Assembly (NCBI GenBank): GCA_033764955.1
Contig: JANRIL010000039.1
Span: 1-43,697 of the forward strand
Length of the DNA stretch: 43,697 bases
From: Cyanobacteriota bacterium
GTDB taxonomy: Bacteria > Cyanobacteriota > Cyanobacteriia > Thermostichales > Thermostichaceae
Direction: 5' to 3'
The translations under genes and the position numbers were made by a program. The notes below the pieces were generated by a model. The model searched no databases and had not been told where the DNA came from. It worked only from the letters and a program-made list of their open reading frames with translations. Positions 20,491 to 30,098 of this stretch are shown piece after piece. Position 1 is the first letter of the stretch, and each line of letters begins with the position of its first letter.

Positions 20491-21150
20491 TTACACTTGG
20501 GACAGGGCAGTTTCCGGCAGACAAACCTTGGTTCCACCCAAACCGCAATATCCACCAGGATTTTTCGCCAGATATTGTTGGTGATAGTCTTCGGCAAAAT
20601 AAAATTCAGGGGCATCCAAAATTTCAGTGGTAATTTCTCCGTACCCCGCCATGCGGAGAGCCTTTTGATAAGTCTGCTTGGAGGCTTCAGCTAGCAGCTT
20701 TTGCGCCGCTGAATAGACATAGATACCTGAGCGATATTGGGTGCCTGAATCATTGCCTTGACGCATCCCTTGAGTTGGATCATGGCTCTCCCAAAAGATT
20801 TTTAGAAGGGTTTCATAGCTAACCACCTGGGGATCAAAGACCACCCTTACCACCTCGTTATGGCCGGTCATGCCTGTACAGACTTCTCGATAAGTTGGGT
20901 TGGGGGTAACCCCTGCCGCATAGCCAACGGCGGTGGAAAATACCCCTGCTTGCTGCCAAAACTTCCGCTCGGCTCCCCAAAAACAGCCCATGCCAAACAT
21001 GGCCAATTCCATGCCAGCCGGATAGGGAGGCTGGAGCGGGTTGTGGTTGACAAAGTGATGCTCAGGTACCGGCATCGCCTGAGAACGCCCAGGTAGTGCT
21101 TCAGTAACAGTCGGGAGGGTGAGTTTCTTGCCAAATCCAAAAAGTGCCAT
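20491..21150 (-). CDS. msrA: Peptide-methionine (S)-S-oxide reductase
   Basis: GCFWGAE active site, [21 protein letters not shown]. Confidence 0.97.
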   Translation of the reverse strand: MALFGFGKKLTLPTVTEALPGRSQAMPVPEHHFVNHNPLQPPYPAGMELAMFGMGCFWGAERKFWQQAGVFSTAVGYAAGVTPNPTYREVCTGMTGHNEVVRVVFDPQVVSYETLLKIFWESHDPTQGMRQGNDSGTQYRSGIYVYSAAQKLLAEASKQTYQKALRMAGYGEITTEILDAPEFYFAEDYHQQYLAKNPGGYCGLGGTKVCLPETALSQV

Positions 21151-21286
21151 TGCTCAAAACCTCGTGTGGAGTGTGGATGCCGGAAACCAGTCAAACGGAA
21201 TGTTTACGTTCTGTTTACTTTATTTAATGATAAGCGGAAATCCTGAAAGGCTTCTGAGAAGGCAGCCACAAATCCTGTTATCCTAG

Positions 21287-22333
<1,047 letters not shown>

Positions 22334-22371
22334 ATCCAATCTCTATCGAAAATCTATCAAGGATCTGCTGA

Positions 22372-22407
22372 GGATCCCCTGTTCGTGAAGGCGGAATGAG
22401 GGGATCC
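22372..22407. terminator. Inverted repeat between convergent ilvC and the cupin gene
   Basis: GGATCCCCT-N18-AGGGGATCC forms a perfect 9-bp stem. Confidence 0.45.
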
Positions 22408-22412
22408 CGGCT

Positions 22413-23027
22413 TTAGGCATTAACGGATCCCGGCTCCATCCCCAACATCTGATCATCCATAGAGGTACGAACCAAAAACAGGCAACCCTCCTCTGTATGC
22501 GGCCCATGCACACTCCCCGGATCAGAGCGCAGATAATCACCAGCCCGAAAAACCTGCTCACCCACCACCAGGGATCCCTCCAGCATGAGAATTTCTTCCA
22601 CCCCCGCATGGCGATGCCAAGGGTAATGGGATCCAGGGGCAGCCTTTAACAGGGCTGTGCGTTGTCGCCGTTGTGGATCTTCATGCAGGATGGCTACTAC
22701 CACGCCAGGAATGCCGATTTCCCTCCATAGGAGCGATTCCAACCGCCTCACTAGCAACAGGGGAGGATCCGGCGGTTCCAGACCTTGCATAACTCTCGAT
22801 TTGAGAGCCGCGATGCCCCTCAGTTGATCCGCAGACAAAAAGGGCAATCCGTAGGGCAGCGCCGCCCAGACATTCCCCCAGATTTGCCCTTCCTCCTCCA
22901 GTTGGGGATCCCGGATCAACTGCTCCGCCAGTTGCATCTGCTCCGTAACCGATAGTGTCCCCTCCCCCAGAGCAGCAAGCGCTACCAGAGGCCAATCAGG
23001 AGTATCAGGGTCAAAAGGGGCGGCCAT
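22413..23027 (-). CDS. ChrR-like cupin-domain anti-sigma factor
   Basis: N-terminal helical anti-sigma-like region (LAALGEGTLS...LKSRVM) and cupin PGSHYPWHRHAGVEEILMLEG...GDYLRSDPGSVH. It lies downstream of the ECF sigma. Confidence 0.8.
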   Translation of the reverse strand: MAAPFDPDTPDWPLVALAALGEGTLSVTEQMQLAEQLIRDPQLEEEGQIWGNVWAALPYGLPFLSADQLRGIAALKSRVMQGLEPPDPPLLLVRRLESLLWREIGIPGVVVAILHEDPQRRQRTALLKAAPGSHYPWHRHAGVEEILMLEGSLVVGEQVFRAGDYLRSDPGSVHGPHTEEGCLFLVRTSMDDQMLGMEPGSVNA

Positions 23028-23100
23028 AACATTGAGCGGGGTACTGGGAATGAAGAAATAACAAATTCTCAGGAGAGAGGAGAAAGAAAGGGGGAAAGCC

Positions 23101-23682
23101 TTAGGAAAGTTCCGGCCAGCCCACCTGCTGCAAGGCTTGTTTGAGCTTGACTAGCCCCAGTCGCAGGCGGGTTTTAACGGTACCCAGGGGAACCCCAGTC
23201 TGTTCCGCGATCTCAGCTTGGGTTAGTCCCTTAAAATAGACCAGATCGATCACCTGCCGTTGCTCAGCCGGGATTTGTTCCAGAGCCATCAACACCTGCG
23301 AACGACGTTCTTCTAGGAGTAGATGATCGTGGGGATTCTCCGCAAAACGAACTTCTATCTGTGCCACCTGTTCGGATACCTGCACACTGCGGGCGGAGCG
23401 CTGTAGGGAGCGGAGGCGATCCAGAGCACGGCTACGGGTCATCATAAACAGCCAACCATCCACCCGTGCGCGGGTAGCATCATAGCGTTCAGCCGTTCGC
23501 CATACCTGACTAAATACGTCGATCACCACCTCCTCAGCTTCCTCTAGGGATCCCACAATCCGGTAGGCCACCCCAAGGAGGATACGTGCATAGCGGTCAT
23601 AAAGATCTGAGAGTGCCCCCTGATCCCGTTGAGCAATTTTGACGATCAGCGCAGATTCATCGGAGAGATCCGGGTGAGTCAT
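23101..23682 (-). CDS. ECF (sigma-70 group 4) RNA polymerase sigma factor
   Basis: Region 2 (ALSDLYDRY...AEEVVIDVFSQVW, WLFMMTRSRALDRLR) and region 4 (GLTQAEIAEQTGVPLGTVKTRLRLG). Confidence 0.93.
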   Translation of the reverse strand: MTHPDLSDESALIVKIAQRDQGALSDLYDRYARILLGVAYRIVGSLEEAEEVVIDVFSQVWRTAERYDATRARVDGWLFMMTRSRALDRLRSLQRSARSVQVSEQVAQIEVRFAENPHDHLLLEERRSQVLMALEQIPAEQRQVIDLVYFKGLTQAEIAEQTGVPLGTVKTRLRLGLVKLKQALQQVGWPELS

Positions 23683-23734
23683 AGGATGAGGATATCCTCC
23701 GGCAGGCCATCTGGAGAAAGGCTAAGGGACTGCT

Positions 23735-23761
23735 TACGAATTATGCCATTCCCAGGGATCC
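23735..23761 (-). promoter_or_regulatory. Candidate ECF autoregulatory promoter
   Basis: The minus strand reads GGATCC-N17-CGTA(AG), about 50 bp upstream of the sigma ATG. It resembles RpoE/ChrR-type TGATCC...CGTA promoters. Confidence 0.5.
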
Positions 23762-23933
23762 GCCAAGGAGTGGATGGAGCACCACCAAGGGATACTCCCT
23801 CAAGGTAGATTAATTTATCTAGGGATCCAAGAAAAGTCTGTATCGAAAGTCCACAGCCTCAGCGGCTTCTCTACTATGACTCCAATATGACTCCAACCTA
23901 AGTATTCCAACCCAAAAACAAATCCAGCTCACG

Positions 23934-24812
23934 ATGAAACTAGCCACCATTGCCCTTAACACCAGTAGTACCGCTGTGCTTGTCGTAGACGATCAGATGG
24001 CTCCCGTGCGCCACTTGCCTGGGCGAGAAGGGGCAACTGACCTGCTGCCCCTCATTCGGGATCCCTTAACCCCGCAAGAGGTCGAGCAACTGTACCGTCT
24101 GCTTTGCCCCCAACCCAATATCCACTGGCTGCCCCCGATTATTCATCCCCCCAAAAATATGCTTTGTGTGGGCAAAAACTATCGGGAACATGTGCAGGAA
24201 GGAGCCAGGGCGGAAGGGATGCCAGCCCATTTGCCCAGCCACCCCATCTGGTTTAGCAAGGCTCATACTGCCCTGGTTGGCTGTGGGGATCCCATTCATG
24301 CCCCTGGCTGCTTAGGGGAAGCCTTGGACTATGAGGGGGAATTAGCCGTCGTGATGGGCTGCTCTGCCCGCTACCTAACCCCGGAGACGGCGCTTGCCTG
24401 TGTTTTTGGCTACACAATCCTCAATGATGTCACAGCCCGCAATCTCCAACAGCAGCGCAAACAATGGTTAGTGGGCAAGTCGGCGGATAGCTTTGCCCCC
24501 TGTGGGCCAGTGGTAGTGACGGCGGATCAGATCCCTGACTATCGGCAACTGCGGATCCGCACCTGGGTTAATCAAGAGCTGAGGCAGGATGAGCTGGCCA
24601 ACCAGATGCTGTTTGACCTGCCGACGCTGTTAACAGACATTACCCAAAGCATGACCCTCGAACCTGGGGACATCATCGCCACAGGTACTCCGGCGGGGGT
24701 GGGGTGGGGAATGGATCCCCCTTGCTATTTGCGAGAAGGAGACACCGTCTCGATTGAAATAGAGCCGATTGGCATCCTGAGCAACAAGGTTGTGTTAAGT
24801 GCCAATATCTAG
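23934..24812 (+). CDS. Fumarylacetoacetate hydrolase family protein
   Basis: CVGKNYREH, LDYEGELAVV, GYTILNDVTAR, TLEPGDIIATGTPAGVG. Confidence 0.92.
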   Translation: MKLATIALNTSSTAVLVVDDQMAPVRHLPGREGATDLLPLIRDPLTPQEVEQLYRLLCPQPNIHWLPPIIHPPKNMLCVGKNYREHVQEGARAEGMPAHLPSHPIWFSKAHTALVGCGDPIHAPGCLGEALDYEGELAVVMGCSARYLTPETALACVFGYTILNDVTARNLQQQRKQWLVGKSADSFAPCGPVVVTADQIPDYRQLRIRTWVNQELRQDELANQMLFDLPTLLTDITQSMTLEPGDIIATGTPAGVGWGMDPPCYLREGDTVSIEIEPIGILSNKVVLSANI

Positions 24813-25010
24813 GGCTCCCTCTGGAGGGATTGACATACTCATCCACTCAGCCTGTCGGTATGGATAGAGATTCTAAAGCCTCACGAATTAGGATTGCTAT
24901 AGTAAGCGTTTTTAGCAGGGGTGCTCCGCTTGTAGTCGCTCTCCCCTTGCGACTGGGCAGCGTGATATCCTCAAAATATTACGGATCAACAAGATCTATG
25001 TTTATTGTGA

Positions 25011-26612
25011 ATGCTAAATAAAGATTTGTTAGAGCCTTTTGCCGGATCGCAGTTGTTGAAACGCAACCCTTCCAGCCTTAATCTCCGGCGCAACCGCTTG
25101 TGGATGGTTTGTACCCTGCTTCTGTTGCTGGTGGGATCCCCTAACCGTCTGTTTCACCACTTTATCGGGGCGTTGCTGGGTCTAGCTCCTCTTTTTTATG
25201 GGGTGGATGGTCGTCCCTGGCGGCAGCAAATCAAAACCGCCGGAGGGATCTGGTTTCTCTTCTGCCTATTCGTCTTTTGGACGGATTTCTTTTCGGTGAA
25301 AGTGCTGAGCTGGGCAGAAATTGTTGGGGGCATCGTTGTCGCTCCGCTGCTGCCCTTGTTCTATATAGCGGCCACTCTGCTCAGCCTCAATTTGACCCGT
25401 GCCCTCCCTCCATTCCTGCGTCCCCTGGGCATCGCCTCCGTCTGGACAGCTTTGGATGGGATCCTTAATCTCATTTGGTTTCCGATTCCGTTCCATTGGG
25501 GATCCCTGCTCTATGACTGGACGGTCGGGATCCAAATCGCCGATGTTACCGGTATTTGGGGGGTTACATTTGTCAGTGTCTTGATTAACGCCACCCTGAT
25601 GGGGGTGGGGCAACAGTGGTGGCAGTCCCGTTCCTTGCATCGGCCAAACCCTAACCTCTGGGGATGCCTAGGGATTGGGTTGGTGGTGAGCGGTTGGGTG
25701 ATTGGCTACGGGCTAATTCGCCTGCCTGCTTATCAGAACCTGACCCAGGACAGCTATCAGGTGGCGGCGGTGCAGATGGTGGGCTGGCTGGAGCCGGATC
25801 GCCGTTGGCAGTATCGGGAGCAGCGTTATCTGGAACTGCAAGGATTGTCGCGCTTGGGTATTGCCAGGGGCGCACAGCTAGTGGTCTGGCCGGAAGGTGC
25901 CCTACGTGCCCGTTTTCTCAACACCACCCTTCAACCCTACATTTTGGATCCCTTGTTTGAGGTATTGCCGCCGGAGGGAGGACTCATTTTGGGAGCAACC
26001 GAGCCCGATCCCAAAACACAAGATTTGCCGGATGAGCAAGTGAAATTTATCAATGCAGCTCTCTTGTTTCGCCAGCAGGGCAACTTCCTTGATCAGTATG
26101 GCAAACAATGGATCTTTCCTTATTTTGAAACCGCCCGTTATGTTCCCTCTGCAGAGGGTTATCGCCCTTTGAATGGTGGATCTACCTTAGGGCAGTTGGG
26201 AGTAATGATCTGTCTGGAGAGTGTTTTGCCCAGCCCCAGCCGCCGCTTGGTTCAGAGGGGGGCAGAATCCTTGATCGTCATCTCAGATGATAGCTGGTTT
26301 GGCAACAGCAATTGGCCGAAACTGCATGGTAATCTCTCTATCTTTCGCGCTATTGAAAACCGTCGCAGCATAACATTTGTCAACAACACGGGTGGCAATC
26401 TGATTGTGGATCCATCGGGAGAGATTCAAGCCGCTGGCACTATTTTTGAGCAGGATGTAGTAGTGGGGCAAGTGTTCTTGGGGCAGGAAATCACTTTTTA
26501 TACTCAATTGGGGGATTGGTTTAGTTATCTCTGTATAACTATTCTATTGGGATTAGTTGGATCCCGATGGAGTCATTTCTACCAAACAAGACTGAGTCAT
26601 AGGAGTAATTAA
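25011..26612 (+). CDS. lnt: Apolipoprotein N-acyltransferase
   Basis: Multi-TM N-half (ADVTGIWGVTF). Nitrilase-fold triad WPEG / K (YGKQ) / ICLE, plus DSWFG and FRAIENRR. Confidence 0.85.
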   Translation: MLNKDLLEPFAGSQLLKRNPSSLNLRRNRLWMVCTLLLLLVGSPNRLFHHFIGALLGLAPLFYGVDGRPWRQQIKTAGGIWFLFCLFVFWTDFFSVKVLSWAEIVGGIVVAPLLPLFYIAATLLSLNLTRALPPFLRPLGIASVWTALDGILNLIWFPIPFHWGSLLYDWTVGIQIADVTGIWGVTFVSVLINATLMGVGQQWWQSRSLHRPNPNLWGCLGIGLVVSGWVIGYGLIRLPAYQNLTQDSYQVAAVQMVGWLEPDRRWQYREQRYLELQGLSRLGIARGAQLVVWPEGALRARFLNTTLQPYILDPLFEVLPPEGGLILGATEPDPKTQDLPDEQVKFINAALLFRQQGNFLDQYGKQWIFPYFETARYVPSAEGYRPLNGGSTLGQLGVMICLESVLPSPSRRLVQRGAESLIVISDDSWFGNSNWPKLHGNLSIFRAIENRRSITFVNNTGGNLIVDPSGEIQAAGTIFEQDVVVGQVFLGQEITFYTQLGDWFSYLCITILLGLVGSRWSHFYQTRLSHRSN

Positions 26613-26615
26613 AAA

Positions 26616-26664
26616 ATCCCTCCCCCCTACCTGCAACGGGTGGAGGGTAGGAATTGAGAGGGAT
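26616..26664. terminator. Hairpin between convergent lnt and the nuclease-like gene
   Basis: Nested stems ATCCCTC/GAGGGAT and CCTACC/GGTAGG. Confidence 0.4.
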
Positions 26665-26719
26665 CCCTAGGAATCTAGGTGAGAACAAATCAATCAATAA
26701 CAGACAACAAGAAACCCAG

Positions 26720-27256
26720 CTATTGCAGAGTAGCCCAAATACCTAAATTTTCGTCACGGGCACGGGTTTGCAAGCCAGAAAAATAGTTGTCATATTTGAT
26801 GTTATGGCTATAAGGAACAACAGTAGCCAAGCCATTCCGCACTAAAACGGCATTAATTTGCTCCCCGTGCAGCCAAACATAGGCCTCGACTAAATCAGTG
26901 GCATCCTCGTCCCGCAGGAGTTTGTCTCCCTCCAGTTTGACAACCTGAAATTGAATTTTGGACTTAAGCAACTCAACCGCCTGCCGACTGTAGGGCTGCT
27001 CGTCCGGTAGGGGAGCCTGGATCCCGGCCAACCGAACTTTGCGAAGGGTTTGTTCGCCATCAATTTGAGCAACAATCGTATCGCCGTTCAGAACACCCAC
27101 TACTGTCGCGTAAGGATAGCGATCAAATCGCCAGTTATCAAAGTAGTAACTGGTATCGGGCACGACCCGCGGCTCGCCAAACCCATAGCTTTTGCCTGTC
27201 CATGCCGCCGCTAGACATCCCAATGTCAATAGACCCAGTGCAACCCGCTTGAACAT
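26720..27256 (-). CDS. Exported thermonuclease (SNase)-family protein
   Basis: Signal peptide, VLNGDTI, VRLAGIQAP, AYVW..GEQINAVLVRNGLA, ARDENLGIW. Confidence 0.85.
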   Translation of the reverse strand: MFKRVALGLLTLGCLAAAWTGKSYGFGEPRVVPDTSYYFDNWRFDRYPYATVVGVLNGDTIVAQIDGEQTLRKVRLAGIQAPLPDEQPYSRQAVELLKSKIQFQVVKLEGDKLLRDEDATDLVEAYVWLHGEQINAVLVRNGLATVVPYSHNIKYDNYFSGLQTRARDENLGIWATLQ

Positions 27257-27533
27257 ATCTTTCTTTCCAGCTAGCAGTCACGGTGATTGTATCCGCAACT
27301 GAGCTAAAAACAAGATCTTTCTTCAGGCTGAGTGATCCGGCGGATTCTGGGTAGGAGCTTAACGGAAAGGAAAATATACGAGGTCACAAGTCAAGGTACC
27401 CTTCGCATTGACTAAAATCTCGCTAGGGAAATCTATTCTTAATATATCCACAAGGGAAAGGAGAAAGTCTCCCCAAATAAGACCCAGACTTAGCATAATA
27501 CAAATATCTGCTCGGAGCAATTGCCAGTAAAAC

Positions 27534-28679
27534 TCATAGTGCTAAGGGAGAGTCATAGAATTTTTCTACCACTTTCTGATAAAGATTAATATAGGAATTA
27601 ATCATATCTTCTGAGCGGAATCTAAGTACATTTTGCAGCCCTTTTCGAATAAGATCTTGTCGAAGTTCAGGCTTTGTAAGAACGGTATAAAGATGTTGAG
27701 CTAGAGCTTGTTCATCCTCCACAGAAGCCATGAGGGCAGCATCTCCAGCCACTTCGGGTAAAGGCTCTTGACTACTACACACAACAGGACATCCACAAGC
27801 TTGAGCCTCAATAATTGGCCAACCAAACCCTTCCATGCGAGAGGGAAAAAGAAGTGCTTCGGTGCAGTTATACAAAATCTCTAACTGCTGGTTGTTAATA
27901 CTAACCAATGAAACTACACGAGACTGAATTTGTTTATCAAAAATATATTGATTCATGGATAATGTAAACGGCTTGCCAACCATAACAAGCTTGATAGGCA
28001 AATCTGGATATTGTTGAGTAAGTCGGTAAAAAATTGACAGAACACCCATTCTGTTTTTGTACCATTGGTTGCCTCCAACATGCAAAACAAAAGGACAATT
28101 GTTAGTATCAACGACTTGAGATAGAAGTTTTTTTGCTTCAACGATAACCTGATAGTTATAATTTAACCCCATATGAATAACACAGGTTTTTTCCAACGGC
28201 AACTGACTGATTCGCAACAAGTCACGCTGCGTATTTTCAGAGATACATGCTACCCATTGAGATTGATTAATCCCCTGCAAAATCCAATGCTGGAGTAAAC
28301 GTCCTGTTAAACCTATCTTATTTTCGGGAAATTCATTAAAGGCAGAACGTATGGCTAATAAATCATTGCAAGTAAGCAGGGAAGGTTTCGATCTAAAGTA
28401 GCCGTTATAAATGGCATTTGAATGATCAATAACATGGATAAGATCTGCCAATTTTACCTGCTCTTTCAAGCTGCTATCAAATAATATATATTTATCAATA
28501 TACCCCAACCATTTTCTCGCATTGGGTACAACCCATTGGATCCCTCCTAAATATACCTGAGGGCGAATGACTACTACTTCATACCCTTTTTCTCTAAGAC
28601 CCTCCTCAAGCATATGAGTGAATCTCTGCATACTTTCTTGAGCATCTGGTAAGTAGTTCCCAACCAAGAGGATTTTCAT
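27534..28679 (-). CDS. Glycosyltransferase family 4
   Basis: LFPSRMEGFGWPIIEAQACGCPVV (EX7E motif). Confidence 0.92.
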   Translation of the reverse strand: MKILLVGNYLPDAQESMQRFTHMLEEGLREKGYEVVVIRPQVYLGGIQWVVPNARKWLGYIDKYILFDSSLKEQVKLADLIHVIDHSNAIYNGYFRSKPSLLTCNDLLAIRSAFNEFPENKIGLTGRLLQHWILQGINQSQWVACISENTQRDLLRISQLPLEKTCVIHMGLNYNYQVIVEAKKLLSQVVDTNNCPFVLHVGGNQWYKNRMGVLSIFYRLTQQYPDLPIKLVMVGKPFTLSMNQYIFDKQIQSRVVSLVSINNQQLEILYNCTEALLFPSRMEGFGWPIIEAQACGCPVVCSSQEPLPEVAGDAALMASVEDEQALAQHLYTVLTKPELRQDLIRKGLQNVLRFRSEDMINSYINLYQKVVEKFYDSPLAL

Positions 28680-28697
28680 GAACTAAACCAGATGGAA

Positions 28698-30098
28698 TTA
28701 GGTATTAGGTGAATTCTTGTATTGCATTTTAAGCCACCCTTGGCAAGCAGACAAACACAAGCCACTACTAAAAATAGCAAACCCTAGAGATGTTGGCGGG
28801 CCAAATTGACCGATAGACAAGTTGATAGCGCAAGTTGTAAAAAGTAACCAACTAAGAATATTGCCCATCTTAATTTGAGAAAATGATAGCATTCCTAACC
28901 AGACCGCCAAAGAAACTCGGAGAAGAATAAAAGACAAACCTAAGATAGGACCACTTTCTACAACAATTCGATCCCACTCCCCCTCGGCACCCAATAAGAA
29001 AGTTCGTTGACCCGTTACTAACGCTGCCCCTGTGTTGGTACCTAACCCTACTCCAAACCCAAAAAGAGGTAGACTGCCATCAATACGAGCAAAAGGATCA
29101 AATCCAGATAAAAACCTCGCAACAAACCCCTCGAAACCACCCTCGCTTCTGCCGGCAGTAGTAACCCGCGCTTGAAAAGTAGCCAATCCTTGATCCAAAA
29201 AGGATTCTTCTCCAGATAAAAGAGTATCAAATAGAATAATAGCAAAAGATACTATTGATAATATTACTATAATTTTGCTAATTTGCTTAACAAGCTGCGG
29301 TCTATTGAAATATGTGGTAAGCAACCCGATGAAAAACACAATTAAAACTGAGCCAAGCAAACTACGACTTATGGAAACAACGGTTGCTGCTCCCAATCCT
29401 AAACTAGATGATATCAATAACATTGGCGAAAAACTTCCTGGTGTTAACAATCCATATAATAAGAAAGCTGTCATTAGTGGCATATATCCTATTGGCCCAC
29501 TAATAAAAGTAAAAGGACCAGGAGGTCGGATACGCCCCAAGGCTGCTTGTATTTGCACTGCTTCCTCTCCTCCGGCACCTACATTCAAAATGTGGTTGGA
29601 AGGAAGTCCGAATTGCAAAATCATTAGAAGCGCTATTGGGATCCCCGCAATCAATATCCATCGACCAATTTTAATCACATCTTGAAAAGATAAAACTCTT
29701 GCCATTAGAAAAATAAGTGGCAGATGTAAAAAGTTTGTCCGAATGCCATAAGCAATAATTAGTAAACTTCGACTGATTGGGATCCCTCCCCCTAACCCTT
29801 CACTAGTCAATAGTGGAACCAGCAATCCTCCTAGAGTGAAAGCTATAGATAATCCAAAGATAATCGTGATCCAGCGATTGCGGGGAAATACACCTGCTTG
29901 CCATGCCTGCCAATACATATACAAAACAACAGGATCCCTAACCACTAAGAGGGGTGCAGAAAGCTGTGGCAAGACCCATTTCCGTAAAGCTCCTTCAAAT
30001 ATTAATAATCCGAAATATACCCAAATAGCTACCAGAATCCGTTTCTCAGCTTTTTGAGAAGGCATAGGAGACGGGAAAGTAGCAACCAAATTTCTCAT
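28698..30098 (-). CDS. Wzy/O-antigen ligase-like polytopic membrane protein
   Basis: About 11-12 TM segments, SISRS, a periplasmic loop, PLFGFGVGLG and VESGPILG. It sits within the GT cluster. Confidence 0.7.
   Translation of the reverse strand: MRNLVATFPSPMPSQKAEKRILVAIWVYFGLLIFEGALRKWVLPQLSAPLLVVRDPVVLYMYWQAWQAGVFPRNRWITIIFGLSIAFTLGGLLVPLLTSEGLGGGIPISRSLLIIAYGIRTNFLHLPLIFLMARVLSFQDVIKIGRWILIAGIPIALLMILQFGLPSNHILNVGAGGEEAVQIQAALGRIRPPGPFTFISGPIGYMPLMTAFLLYGLLTPGSFSPMLLISSSLGLGAATVVSISRSLLGSVLIVFFIGLLTTYFNRPQLVKQISKIIVILSIVSFAIILFDTLLSGEESFLDQGLATFQARVTTAGRSEGGFEGFVARFLSGFDPFARIDGSLPLFGFGVGLGTNTGAALVTGQRTFLLGAEGEWDRIVVESGPILGLSFILLRVSLAVWLGMLSFSQIKMGNILSWLLFTTCAINLSIGQFGPPTSLGFAIFSSGLCLSACQGWLKMQYKNSPNT

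Noticed and set aside
16702..20694. Many short antisense or alternate-frame ORFs over chlH, and likewise over the kinases, gyrA and glgA
   Set aside because: They are shadows of long conserved genes and have no recognisable motifs.
21160..21180. Minus-strand CACACTCCACAC resembling the Yfr1 sRNA motif
   Set aside because: It is not the exact ACTCCTCACAC, has no flanking stem-loops, and lies in the msrA leader.
24915..24990. AGGGGTGC followed by an AGTCGC/GCGACT hairpin, resembling a TPP riboswitch start
   Set aside because: It lacks the CTGAGA and CCTGAT...GGGA core, and the downstream gene is unrelated to thiamine.
24830..25021. 63-aa ORF before lnt
   Set aside because: It has a TTG start, no motif, and overlaps the likely lnt promoter region.
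27200..27256. Lipobox in the SNase-like protein, which would make it a substrate of the neighbouring Lnt
   Set aside because: TLGC fits [LVI][ASTVI][GAS]C poorly. A standard signal peptide is as likely.
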